A DNA stretch of 55,351 nt from NCBI GenBank assembly GCA_020439065.1, contig JAGQTK010000001.1:1-55351 (forward strand), in the 5' to 3' direction. This stretch comes from Microthrixaceae bacterium (GTDB lineage Bacteria; Actinomycetota; Actinomycetes; Actinomycetales; Microbacteriaceae). Every line of letters starts with the position of its first letter. The first letter of the stretch is position 1. Shown here one piece after another: positions 9,414-17,749 of this stretch. The notes beneath the pieces are model-generated. The model worked only from the letters and a program-made list of their open reading frames with translations, was not told where the DNA came from and ran no database searches. A program made the position numbers and the translations under genes.

Positions 9414-10460
9414 ATGCGTACCCTGCCCATTTACGTCGCCCCGGTGCCCGCCGAAACGGTCAGTGGCTATATCGGGCGCATCGCCCAGACGCACTGCCTG
9501 GAGGTTGGGGAGATTCGTCGCATGCTGATTCGAGAGGCGGAGCGTTCAACGTGGAGAGAAAACGATCCACGCATCACGCTCGCGCTCGCCCGGCTCTGCG
9601 GCCTGCCCGATGATGCACTCGAGGTGTCCTTCGAAGACCACGGGATGTGGACTCGCTGCGGTCATCCGCGCTGGAAGCCCCAGAAGTGCCCGCGGTGCCG
9701 CACGCTCGCCGAACCACGCACTGCCTGCGTGGAATGTGCCGGTGGACTCACAACCACTACCCGAGCGAGAAGCGGACCTCTCTGCCTGAAGCATGGCCGT
9801 TGGACGCTTCGCGGACTGGACACCAAGGTCTCCGTTGAGGCGTCCGCGAGCCACGCGGAAGAGACCCTGCGCGGACCACTGTGGGAGCGCGGCATCGCCT
9901 TGCACACCGGCGAATACAACCTCGCGGCCGCAGCGGTACTCGCGTGGTCCCAAGGAAGTGACGGTGAGACGTTCCTCGAGGAGCGGGCCCAACGGCTCGG
10001 CCTCCCTGCACCGACCACGTTTGAGGAGGTGATGCTATGTGCCTATCCCGAAGTAGTGAGAGTTGTCGAAGTCGCCATGAGCCCACGGATACTCCGCGGC
10101 GTCCTCCAGGTGTCGCGATCGGCACTGCCGCAGATCGATGGCTTCGCGAACGTCATCGCAACTGTGCTGGGTGCAACCGTAAACGAGCGACTGCACGACT
10201 GGGCGGGCGCCGTCATCGGGCACGCGCACCGCGCGGTCCTCTACGCTGCGGGGCTCAGGCGAACCACGAGCGCCAAGAACGCTCTATGCCCGCAAGATCG
10301 CGCGCTCATCGTCGCGTCCGGTACTCAACGGGCATGCCTGCTCCGACACGTCTCGCCACGAATACTGGACGGACTCATGCGAGGCCACACTGAGGGCACA
10401 TCGCGGCTGAGCGTGACCAGAAGATATCCCCTGGAACCAGATGAGTTGGCTCTGCCCTGA
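9414..10460 (+). CDS. tniQ: TniQ-like target selector 2 (paralogue of 8452-9408)
   Basis: LPIYVAPVPAETVSGYIGRI; CGH, CPRC, CVEC, CLKH; shares LW.RGI.L.TGE and YPE.V with selector 1. Confidence 0.75.
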   Translation: MRTLPIYVAPVPAETVSGYIGRIAQTHCLEVGEIRRMLIREAERSTWRENDPRITLALARLCGLPDDALEVSFEDHGMWTRCGHPRWKPQKCPRCRTLAEPRTACVECAGGLTTTTRARSGPLCLKHGRWTLRGLDTKVSVEASASHAEETLRGPLWERGIALHTGEYNLAAAAVLAWSQGSDGETFLEERAQRLGLPAPTTFEEVMLCAYPEVVRVVEVAMSPRILRGVLQVSRSALPQIDGFANVIATVLGATVNERLHDWAGAVIGHAHRAVLYAAGLRRTTSAKNALCPQDRALIVASGTQRACLLRHVSPRILDGLMRGHTEGTSRLSVTRRYPLEPDELALP

Positions 10461-10648
10461 TCTAGCGGCTGCGGAGATCCGGGGCGCCGTCCGGGACTAA
10501 ATCAGCCAGGGGCAGACCAAGCACCTGCGAGAGCGCGAGCATCGTTCGAAGCGTCGGGTTCGCCGGATTCCCCGGCCGCGACTCGCCCTTTTCGTACTTC
10601 TGATACGTGTAGCGCGTAGGGCCCGACCGATAGGCGACATCTTCCTGG

Positions 10649-12056
10649 GGTGACGTCCCGCTGAGTGGTGGAGAATCTCAACACCGTGCGGTCAGTGCTT
10701 TTTGATTATGCCGCGTTGAGTTCCGGGATCGCCACCTCCTCGTCGTTCGCGAACAGGAGCTTCATGGAGTGTTCGCTGAAGTAGCGGCGGTCGGCGCCGT
10801 CCCATTCGTCGTGCTGCTCGATCAGGACGTGCCCTGCGAGGCGCAGCAACGCGGCGGGGTTCGGGAATGTGCCGACGACGTCGGTGCGGCGTTTGATCTC
10901 CTTGTTCACGCGTTCCAGGGGGTTCGTGGACCAGATCTGCCGCCAGTGCTGTTGCGGGAATCCGCAGAACGCGAGGATGTCATTCTTCGCGTCCTCGAGC
11001 ATGTCCGCGATCTTCGGATGTGACCGGGTCAGCATCCGGACGACTTCGTGGAACTGGGCGAAGACGTGCTCGGTGTCTGGTTAGGCGAAGATCGTGCGGA
11101 TGATCGAGGCGACCATCGGACCTGACGCTTTCGGGACGTTGGAGAGCACGTTGCGCATGAAATGCACCCGACACCGTTGCCAGGAAGAGCCAGCGAACAC
11201 GGTCTCGATCGCGGAGATCAGACCCGTGTGGGCGTCGCTGATGACGAGCTTCACACCATCGAGTCCGCGGGCCTTCAAAGAACGCAGAAAGCTCGTCCAG
11301 AACGGCTGCGATTCGGTCTCTCCAACCTCGAAACCCAAGACCTCGCGGCGCCCATCGGCGGCGACACCAATGGCAACGACAACGGCCTGAGAGACCACTC
11401 GCCGGCCAACCCTGGCTTTGCAGTAGGTCGCGTCGAGAAACACATACGGATAGGTCGTGTCAGCCAGCGCACGGTCACGGAATGCGGCAACGTCCTCGTC
11501 CAGGTTCGCGCAGATCCGTGACACCTCGGACTTGCTGATCCCGGTATCGGCGCCGAGAGCTTTGACGAGATCATCGACCTTTCTCGTGCTCACGCCGTGA
11601 ACATAGGCCTCCATCACCACCGCAAACAGTGCCTGATCGACGCGGCGGCGCCGCTCCAGCAGCGAGGGGAAGAAGGACCCCTGTCGCAGCTTCGGGAGCC
11701 GCAACTCCAGGTCCCCGGCCGTCGTGGTCAGGGTGCGCGGGCGGGTGCCATTGCGTTGCGTGATTCGCTCAGCGCTGCGCTCGAATGGGGCGGCGCCGAT
11801 GAACGCGGCCGCTTCCGCATCGATCAGTTCCTGATAGAGCGTTTCGGTCGCGACACGGATCCGGTCGGTGACATCGGTGAGTTTCAGCTCCCCGAGAAGC
11901 TCGAGGAGGGCAGACTGGTCTAGAGCCATCGTGCTTTGTGTCTTTCTGTGAGAGAACTTTGATCGGTACTTCTCACTGACCATCGCACGATGGCTCACCC
12001 ACGTCTACGACGCAAACAACCCTGCCGAATCCTCCACCACTCCACGGGACGTCACC
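10649..12056 (-). mobile_element. IS256-family insertion sequence
   Basis: Terminal inverted repeats GGTGACGTCCCG..GAGTGGTGGAG; 8-bp TSD CTTCCTGG at 10641-10648 and 12057-12064. Confidence 0.93.
10706..11929 (-). pseudogene. IS256 transposase with an internal nonsense codon
   Basis: Mutator-type motifs (FLDATY, ISDAH, WQRCRVHF, STNPLERVNKEIKRR); in-frame TAA at 11081-11083 in IFA*PDT, likely CAA>TAA. Confidence 0.88.
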
Positions 12057-12189
12057 CTTCCTGGCTCAGCCCGGCACGTTCCCGCGCAGAACGAAGCGAG
12101 GTCGCAAAGCGCTGGGAGTACGCGCTCCACTCCGCTTCAATCTCGTCGTTCCGTCGGGCCACCTACCAAGCGTCTCGACGGGCCACTCC

Positions 12190-12233
12190 TCGTATGGCCT
12201 AATCGGTATGGCATAATTCGGAAGGCCATACGA
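12190..12233. promoter_or_regulatory. 11-bp inverted repeat operator between the divergent XRE and wHTH genes
   Basis: TCGTATGGCCT (12190-12200) and AGGCCATACGA (12223-12233), with a third GTATGGC half-site at 12206-12212. Confidence 0.65.
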
Positions 12234-12277
12234 AACAATCTCGTCCTCGTCGGATCGCTCCGCTCTTCCCTGCACGT

Positions 12278-12835
12278 GTGCTGCCCATCCCGATGACAGG
12301 CGGTCGCGTCGCGGGAAGGCCCGTGCAAGCGACCGCGATTGTGATGGTTGACATGCCCGAGTCGTACCCGATCTGGTGGCAGGAAATCGACTCGCCGCCG
12401 CCAGCCGAGTGGCTGTTCATGTTCGAGGACTTCACCAGTGACGACACGGCAGAGCAATGGGCGCTGGCCGCGGCGATCTTCATCGCCCAAACTCGCCGCC
12501 GCACAGCCGCAGGCCCCACATTCGCTGAACTCTTCACATACCTCTTGCCGGACACAGACGGGCTCCCCGGCCCGCTGCCGCGAAACCTAGACTTCATGCA
12601 GCGCCGCCGCGCCGTTGCGGGCTTCCGCGGCCACGCGGCAATCGAATGGCGCCGGCGAGGAATGATCAGCTTCGACAACGGCGTCATGCGCAGCCTGCGC
12701 GTGGGACGCGAGTTTCGCGAGCGGTCGAGGCATCGCCAACAGGCCCGGGAAGCCACACGCCATCAGTGCGAAACCGATCGCGAACCGAGCTCGGAACTCA
12801 CGGTCATGACCGCCATCACGGAACGAGAAGGTTAA
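12278..12835 (+). CDS. hypothetical protein with LexA-like winged-helix features (start uncertain)
   Basis: GPTFAELF...WRRRGMISFDNGVMRSLRV resembles the LexA N-terminal DNA-binding domain; no peptidase domain. Confidence 0.6.
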   Translation: MLPIPMTGGRVAGRPVQATAIVMVDMPESYPIWWQEIDSPPPAEWLFMFEDFTSDDTAEQWALAAAIFIAQTRRRTAAGPTFAELFTYLLPDTDGLPGPLPRNLDFMQRRRAVAGFRGHAAIEWRRRGMISFDNGVMRSLRVGREFRERSRHRQQAREATRHQCETDREPSSELTVMTAITEREG

Positions 12836-12836
12836 C

Positions 12837-13082
12837 TTGACCGAGGAATATCCGCCGGAACTCCAGGGCCTTCTCAAGCGGATCGCTCCAGGCTGGCCAG
12901 AACTGCTGGAAGTCGGAGCCGGCTGGTACCCGCTGCTGACCAGACTCGATGCGACACTGTCGGTCATCGCCCCGAAATACGTCGTACAGCAGGTGAAATC
13001 GAAGTTTGGCGCCCTAAACTTCTACGCCGACCCGTCTGATGACCCGTCGAGCTTCGATGAGGCATTTACGGAGGCGGTGTGA
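12837..13082 (+). pseudogene. hypothetical protein truncated by IS3
   Basis: VGAGWYPLL...QVKSKFGALNFY; the stop codon is supplied by the first bases (TGA) of the IS3 end. Confidence 0.65.
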
Positions 13083-13121
13083 GGCTGACCCCGATTCCCG
13101 GACAGGTGGTTGGTTGGTTGG

Positions 13122-14003
13122 TCAGGCTGCCAGCGCGAGCTGGCGTCGTTCGTACTCTAACGGGCTGAGGTAGCCGATGCTCGAGTGGCGTCGGCGAGCG
13201 TTGTACCAGCCGTCGATCCAGACGTAAGCGCCGCGTCGAGCGGCGTCGATCGTGGCGAAGGTGTGCCGGTGGTAGTACTCGTTCTTGAACGTGGACCAGA
13301 ACGATTCCGCGGCGGCGTTATCCCAGCACACCCCGGTGCGACCCATCGACCGCAGCACGCCAAGCTCCTTCGCTGCTTTCGCGAGCTGCGCGCTGGTGTA
13401 CTGGGTGCCTCTATCTGCGTGGAAGATCACCTTCCGCGGCAGGTGACCGCGCAGCGCGACCGCCTGGCGCAGTGCGTCTTCGACGAGGTCGGTATGCAGA
13501 CTGTCAGCGACAGTCCGGCCGAGGACGCGGCGGGTGTTCCCGTCCCTGACGACACACAGAAACGCCCATCCCTCACCGGTATGCAAATACGTGATGTCGG
13601 AGAACCAAGCGACGTCGCGTTCGCCCCTGTCGAACTGCCGCTCCACCAGGTCGGGAACCGGGAACGGATCCTCACCATGGACGGTCGTCGGTGGATGCCA
13701 AGTGGCGGGGCTGATCCCCGTGACGCCGTCTGCCTGCATGAGTTTCGCGACCGTCTTGCGCGAGACCACCACCCCGGCGTCCTGCAGATCTGCATGGATT
13801 CTTGGCGCCCCATAGGTCCCGTCGGACGCGGCATGGAACTCGCGGATCCGCACCGTCAGGTCCGCGGCTCGCTGCTGCCGTGGCGACGGGCCGGCAGCTA
13901 TCCGGGTCCGCCACTCGTAGTACCGGCGCCGGTCCACCCCGAGCAGCGCACACATCCGTGTCACCGTTATCGTCGTCTGTTTGGCCTTCTCCGCCTCGAT
14001 CAC
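13122..14003 (-). CDS. IS3 transposase OrfB (rve integrase core)
   Basis: YGAPRI, WFSDITY, HADRGTQY, DNAAAESFW, YNARRRHS. Confidence 0.92.
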   Translation of the reverse strand: MIEAEKAKQTTITVTRMCALLGVDRRRYYEWRTRIAAGPSPRQQRAADLTVRIREFHAASDGTYGAPRIHADLQDAGVVVSRKTVAKLMQADGVTGISPATWHPPTTVHGEDPFPVPDLVERQFDRGERDVAWFSDITYLHTGEGWAFLCVVRDGNTRRVLGRTVADSLHTDLVEDALRQAVALRGHLPRKVIFHADRGTQYTSAQLAKAAKELGVLRSMGRTGVCWDNAAAESFWSTFKNEYYHRHTFATIDAARRGAYVWIDGWYNARRRHSSIGYLSPLEYERRQLALAA

Positions 14004-14314
14004 CGCGAACCGCTCCTCGGGTTCTGCTTCGATGCGAAGAAGGCCGCCGCTTTTCCCAGGAACTCGTTGTCCATCCGCAGATCCTGATTCTCGCGGCGTA
14101 ACCGTTCCAGCTCGGCGCGCTCGTTCAGATCCAGCAACGTGTCGGTCTCAACGCCTGTGCGCGCTCGTTCGGCGTGCACCCACCGGCCCAACAGTTGCTC
14201 ACCGACGCCGATCTCGCGCGCTACCGCCGCGACGGTCCGGCCCGTGTCGATCACCAGACGCGCAGCCTCACGGCGATACTCCGGCGTGTATGTCTTTCTC
14301 TTGCTCGTGCCCAT
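14000..14314 (-). CDS. IS3 transposase OrfA (HTH); probable -1 frameshift into OrfB
   Basis: YTPEYRREAARLV HTH; ELERLRREN zipper; GGGAAAA slippery-like site at about 14051-14057. Confidence 0.9.
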   Translation of the reverse strand: MGTSKRKTYTPEYRREAARLVIDTGRTVAAVAREIGVGEQLLGRWVHAERARTGVETDTLLDLNERAELERLRRENQDLRMDNEFLGKAAAFFASKQNPRSGSR

Positions 14315-14391
14315 CAAGGACATCCTCCCCGACAGGCCCGCAAACACACGGATCCCGCCTGGTCAATGTCCGGAATCCGGGGGCAACCTCA

Positions 14392-15725
14392 ACCTCAGCG
14401 GACTGGTTGCTTTGCGACGGCAAGACGGCATGCGTTCCCTCGCGTCGGACATCCTCCGAAGAATGCCGGCCGAGCTCACGGCACGAGACCGCAGCCTTCG
14501 TAGCGACGCCAAGCATCTGGCGGATGCGGTGCTCGCCGGGGCTGACTACTTCGTGACGCGGGACGAGACCTTCCTCGCCGCGACCGCGAGCTGGTCACGC
14601 GAAGAGTACGCGATCGATGTTCTCCGGCCAGTTGATCTTCTCAGGACATTCATTCCGCCGTCCGCTCCAACGGAGTTCCGCTCAGGACGACTCGAGTCGG
14701 TCGGACTTCGCTGGGAAGAAGTGACGGCATCATCCTCTGGTCTCGAGGAGGTGTTCGTCGAAGTTCATAAAGGCGAGAAGGGCAAGCAGTTCCGGAAACG
14801 GCTTCATGCCGTTCTTGCGAGACCTGCTAGTGCGAGGATCGACCTGCTGGTTGACGAGCGAGGGCGGAAACGTGCCCTGCTCTCGGCCGAGGTCCGCGGT
14901 GACGTGCTGTCGGTTGCGGTGATCCGCGTCGCGCGGGGATCACTTGGCGGCACCATCGCGTTTCAGCTCACACGATACCTTCGGGCGTTGGCATTGGAAC
15001 GAGGCGCGACGGCCGTTGAGGTCGTCGACGACGTGGTCGATGAAGTGCTTCGAGCCGCCCTGGTCGCAGATGGTTTCGAGGGGGCGCCCCTCGCGGTGAA
15101 ACTAGGTCGTCACCCTCGCGCGGCCCAGACTGAGTCGCTAGAGACCCCAGGCGCGGTCGCTGACTACGAGCGAAAGAACTGGCTCCAGATCGTGCTCGAC
15201 AAAGCTGTTCCAGTGCGCATCGTGCCTATTCAACCGCGGTATGCGCGCGAGCTCCTCGGGTTCAATGACACGCTGATCCAGCTGCGCGAACGCCCTGCGC
15301 TGGGGCTCGCCCGCGAGTTCGTCTACTTCGCTGCACCGAAGATGAGACACTGGGACATCCCGACTCGCGTGCTTTGGTACGTGACCAAAGATCCCAGGGC
15401 GCGAGAAAGTAGCGCCGTCCGAGCTGTGGTGGCACACTCCCGCGTACTCGATGCTGAAGTACTGGACGTCCAGGACGCGGCTGAGAAGTATCGATCACTC
15501 GGCGTCCTGCACCGAGGCGAGATCCAAGGTCATGCGATTGACGGAAAGGTGCTTGTGCTGAGGTTCGAAGACACGCAGGTGCTTGACCAGCCCGTCGGCA
15601 AGCGCTCGTTCGACGCGCTGCTCCGCATGCACGGAACCACGACGTCGCTACTCACGACACGTACCGGCGCTCCCGGTCTTTTCGACGACCTCATCCGCAC
15701 GCAGCCAGGATGGGAAGGCAGATGA
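14392..15725 (+). pseudogene. 5'-truncated PIN / GNAT-like / ASCH-EVE-like multidomain protein
   Basis: Frame starts at the IS3 end; C-terminal half of a PIN domain (DAKHLADAVLAGADYFVTRD); GNAT-like middle; PUA-like tail (IVPIQPRYA, VYFAA, VLWYV). First ATG at 14430. Confidence 0.65.
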
Positions 15726-16162
15726 AAAGGGCGCTGCTCATCTCAGTGAAACCACGATACGCGCGCGCGATTCTCGAAGGACGAAAAACCGTCGAGGTGC
15801 GACGGCGATTCCCAGAGGTGCCACCCGGCACCACAGTTGTTCTGTACTCCAGCTCCCCGGAGAGAGCGGTTCTGGGTACTGTGCGCCTCAAGCAAACAAG
15901 CACAGTTCCTTCCGACCGCGTCTGGGAGATGCACTCCGATGCGATCGGCATCGCCGAAGACGCGCTCGGCGAGTACCTTGATGGCGCCGAAGCCTCCACT
16001 CTGCTTGAAGTGGAGGACCCGAAAACGTGGGCACGGCCTGTCTCGTTGGCGTCCTTGCGGACTCTACTTGGCCTTGAGCCGCCTCAGAGCTTCCGCTATC
16101 TCGATGCGGATCAGGTGGCTCTGATCGCGACCAGCGGATCAGAGAGCCTACCGGCGTCCTAG
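15722..16162 (+). CDS. ASCH domain protein
   Basis: LISVKPRYARAILEGRKTVEVRR (GxKxxExR), LYSSSP, PPQSFRY; ATGA overlap with the upstream gene. Confidence 0.88.
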   Translation: MKRALLISVKPRYARAILEGRKTVEVRRRFPEVPPGTTVVLYSSSPERAVLGTVRLKQTSTVPSDRVWEMHSDAIGIAEDALGEYLDGAEASTLLEVEDPKTWARPVSLASLRTLLGLEPPQSFRYLDADQVALIATSGSESLPAS

Positions 16163-16207
16163 TACGCGTGCGTGGCTAGTGTCGGTGCAAGCTGAGAGAC
16201 TTCCCTC

Positions 16208-17218
16208 ATGACCTTTCGCACCGCTGATGGCGCAAGCTATGAGGGACGTGACGAATCAGGGAATGAGACGTTTCGCGTCTCTATACCGTCTGACGAGCAC
16301 GGCTACTTCGGACGCGAGTGCCCAGCATGCCAGCAGATCTTCAGGATGCATCTAGACGACTACAAGGCGCTTCCCGATGATCTGATCCTGACCTGTCCGT
16401 ACTGCGGACATCAAGAGGAGCACACAAGCTTCGTGACCTCGCAGCAGCAAGAACGTGTGATGCGCGTTGCTCAGGATGCCGCGATGCAACTCATATCCGA
16501 GGCCTTCGGAGGTCTCGGACGATCAGGCAGAAGCAACAAGTTCGTGAAGATCACCTACAGGTCGACGCCCTTCTACCCTCAGCCTCTCCCAGATCTGGAC
16601 GAGGAGCGGCTTGTCAGGGAGCGTACGTGTGTGACGTGCGGTATCCGCTATGCCGTCTTTGGCGAGCATTCGTTCTGCCCCGTCAGCGGAGCTCTCGATG
16701 CAGGCGAGGTCGCCCGCGATGCGCTGGGAGCGGAAGCCGCGAAGCTGAGCGCGCTCGACAGCATTCCCGGCCCTCAACGAGCCGCCTTAAGAGAGCAAGG
16801 AGTGTTCGATCGTATTGCAGTCGACACGCTCAGCAGAGTCGTGGGCGTCATTGAGCGCTTGGCGCGGGCTGAGTTCGAACGCCGCGTCGAACCTGCGGGT
16901 CAACTCCTGAAAGGAAAAGGCAACGTCTTTCAGAGGCTGGATGACCTGGCGGACCTGTACTCCGCTCACCTGGATATCGATCCGCGACTCGTTCCAGATG
17001 TCGACTGGGTTCTCCTCGCGAAGCTTTGGGCAACACGTCACGCGCACGTGCACGCAGGTGGGCTTGTCGATACGAAGTATCTGCAGGTCGTGAACTACTC
17101 ATCGCTGAAGGTGGGTCAGCGAATCGTCGTGACCGCAGACGACGCCCGAAACGCAATCGGACAGGCGATGATCCTCTGCTCTATCTTGGCTGGACAGGAT
17201 GCCTCGGATCTCGCCTGA
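16208..17218 (+). CDS. Zn-ribbon plus HEPN-like hypothetical protein
   Basis: CPAC, CPYC, CVTC and CPVS motifs; C-terminal RHAHVHAGGLVD (Rx4H). Confidence 0.6.
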   Translation: MTFRTADGASYEGRDESGNETFRVSIPSDEHGYFGRECPACQQIFRMHLDDYKALPDDLILTCPYCGHQEEHTSFVTSQQQERVMRVAQDAAMQLISEAFGGLGRSGRSNKFVKITYRSTPFYPQPLPDLDEERLVRERTCVTCGIRYAVFGEHSFCPVSGALDAGEVARDALGAEAAKLSALDSIPGPQRAALREQGVFDRIAVDTLSRVVGVIERLARAEFERRVEPAGQLLKGKGNVFQRLDDLADLYSAHLDIDPRLVPDVDWVLLAKLWATRHAHVHAGGLVDTKYLQVVNYSSLKVGQRIVVTADDARNAIGQAMILCSILAGQDASDLA

Positions 17219-17250
17219 CCGAAACACCGAGACACGCTTCGTCCCAGGTA

Positions 17251-17351
17251 CTGACAACTCGGGTGAGACAGATTGGCGGTCGCGTCAGCGATTCCGCGTG
17301 ATTCCGGTGATCGTTCGTCTCATCTGATGACGACTCTCGCGAGAACGGACA
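17251..17351 (-). repeat. internal copy of the tnsA-distal transposon end
   Basis: CTGACAACTCGGGTGAGACA, TGATTCCGGTGATCG and CGCGAGA.CGGACA are shared with 27280-27384. Confidence 0.85.
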
Positions 17352-17379
17352 TCAGCGACTGTCCTGTCCCCTGGGACCG

Positions 17380-17434
17380 CCCCGAGCTGCTGATCCCGCG
17401 CACCGTCGATCACTACATCGCGCTGCTCCCAAAG
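17380..17434 (+). pseudogene. 55-bp tnsB fragment
   Basis: 51/55 identical to 6761-6815 (PELLIP.T.DHYIALLPK). Confidence 0.85.
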
Positions 17435-17694
17435 TCGTTCGAGACGGCAACAATGCGCGGGCGCGGGCGCGGACCGTCCGCCGGCTGGCGCTTTCCGGTC
17501 GACTACCCCAAACAGCGGTGCTCACCATCGCCGACCCCAAAGCGTCGGTCTTCGCGCAAATGCGCCAGAACCTCAATGCGGTCGGCGTGCACACCGATGA
17601 CCTTCGCACGAGATCCGGACCCGAGCAACCACCTGCGTGTCGAGCTGAGGGCTGCCGTCGATGCCCGACTCCTGCAAACGAGTCAGCGACGGCC

Positions 17695-17732
17695 GGGGAG
17701 GCCGGCCCTGCGGGGAGGCGGCTTCCCCTTTT
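17695..17732 (+). terminator. putative intrinsic terminator
   Basis: GGGGAGGCCG...CGGCTTCCCC stem followed by TTTT; next to the 3' end of the 17750-18940 gene. Confidence 0.45.
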
Positions 17733-17749
17733 GCGTCGAGACGAGGGGA

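Larger units (their letters stand above)
10462..12162 (-). pseudogene. XRE-family HTH regulator interrupted by IS256
   Basis: Joining 12162-12057 to 10640-10462 gives a 94-aa ORF: MARRNDEIEAEWSAYSQRFATSLRSARERAGLSQEDVAYRSGPTRYTYQKYEKGESRPGNPANPTLRTMLALSQVLGLPLADLVPDGAPDLRSR. Confidence 0.88.
13080..14391 (-). mobile_element. IS3-family insertion sequence
   Basis: TG...CA imperfect 25-bp IRs (TGAGGCTGACCCCGATTCCCGGACA / TGAGGTTGCCCCCGGATTCCGGACA); orfA/orfB organisation; no TSD. Confidence 0.92.

Noticed and set aside
12066-12275. 69-aa minus-strand ORF
   Set aside because: It is a shadow of the split XRE gene in another frame and spans the operator.
14139-14391. Apparent N-terminus of the 528-aa ORF
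   Set aside because: It is the antisense strand of IS3 orfA and the IS end, not part of the original gene.
17352-17690. TCAGCGAC occurring at 17352-17359 and 17683-17690 as a possible TSD
   Set aside because: An 8-mer match in GC-rich DNA with no IS features between the copies; likely chance.
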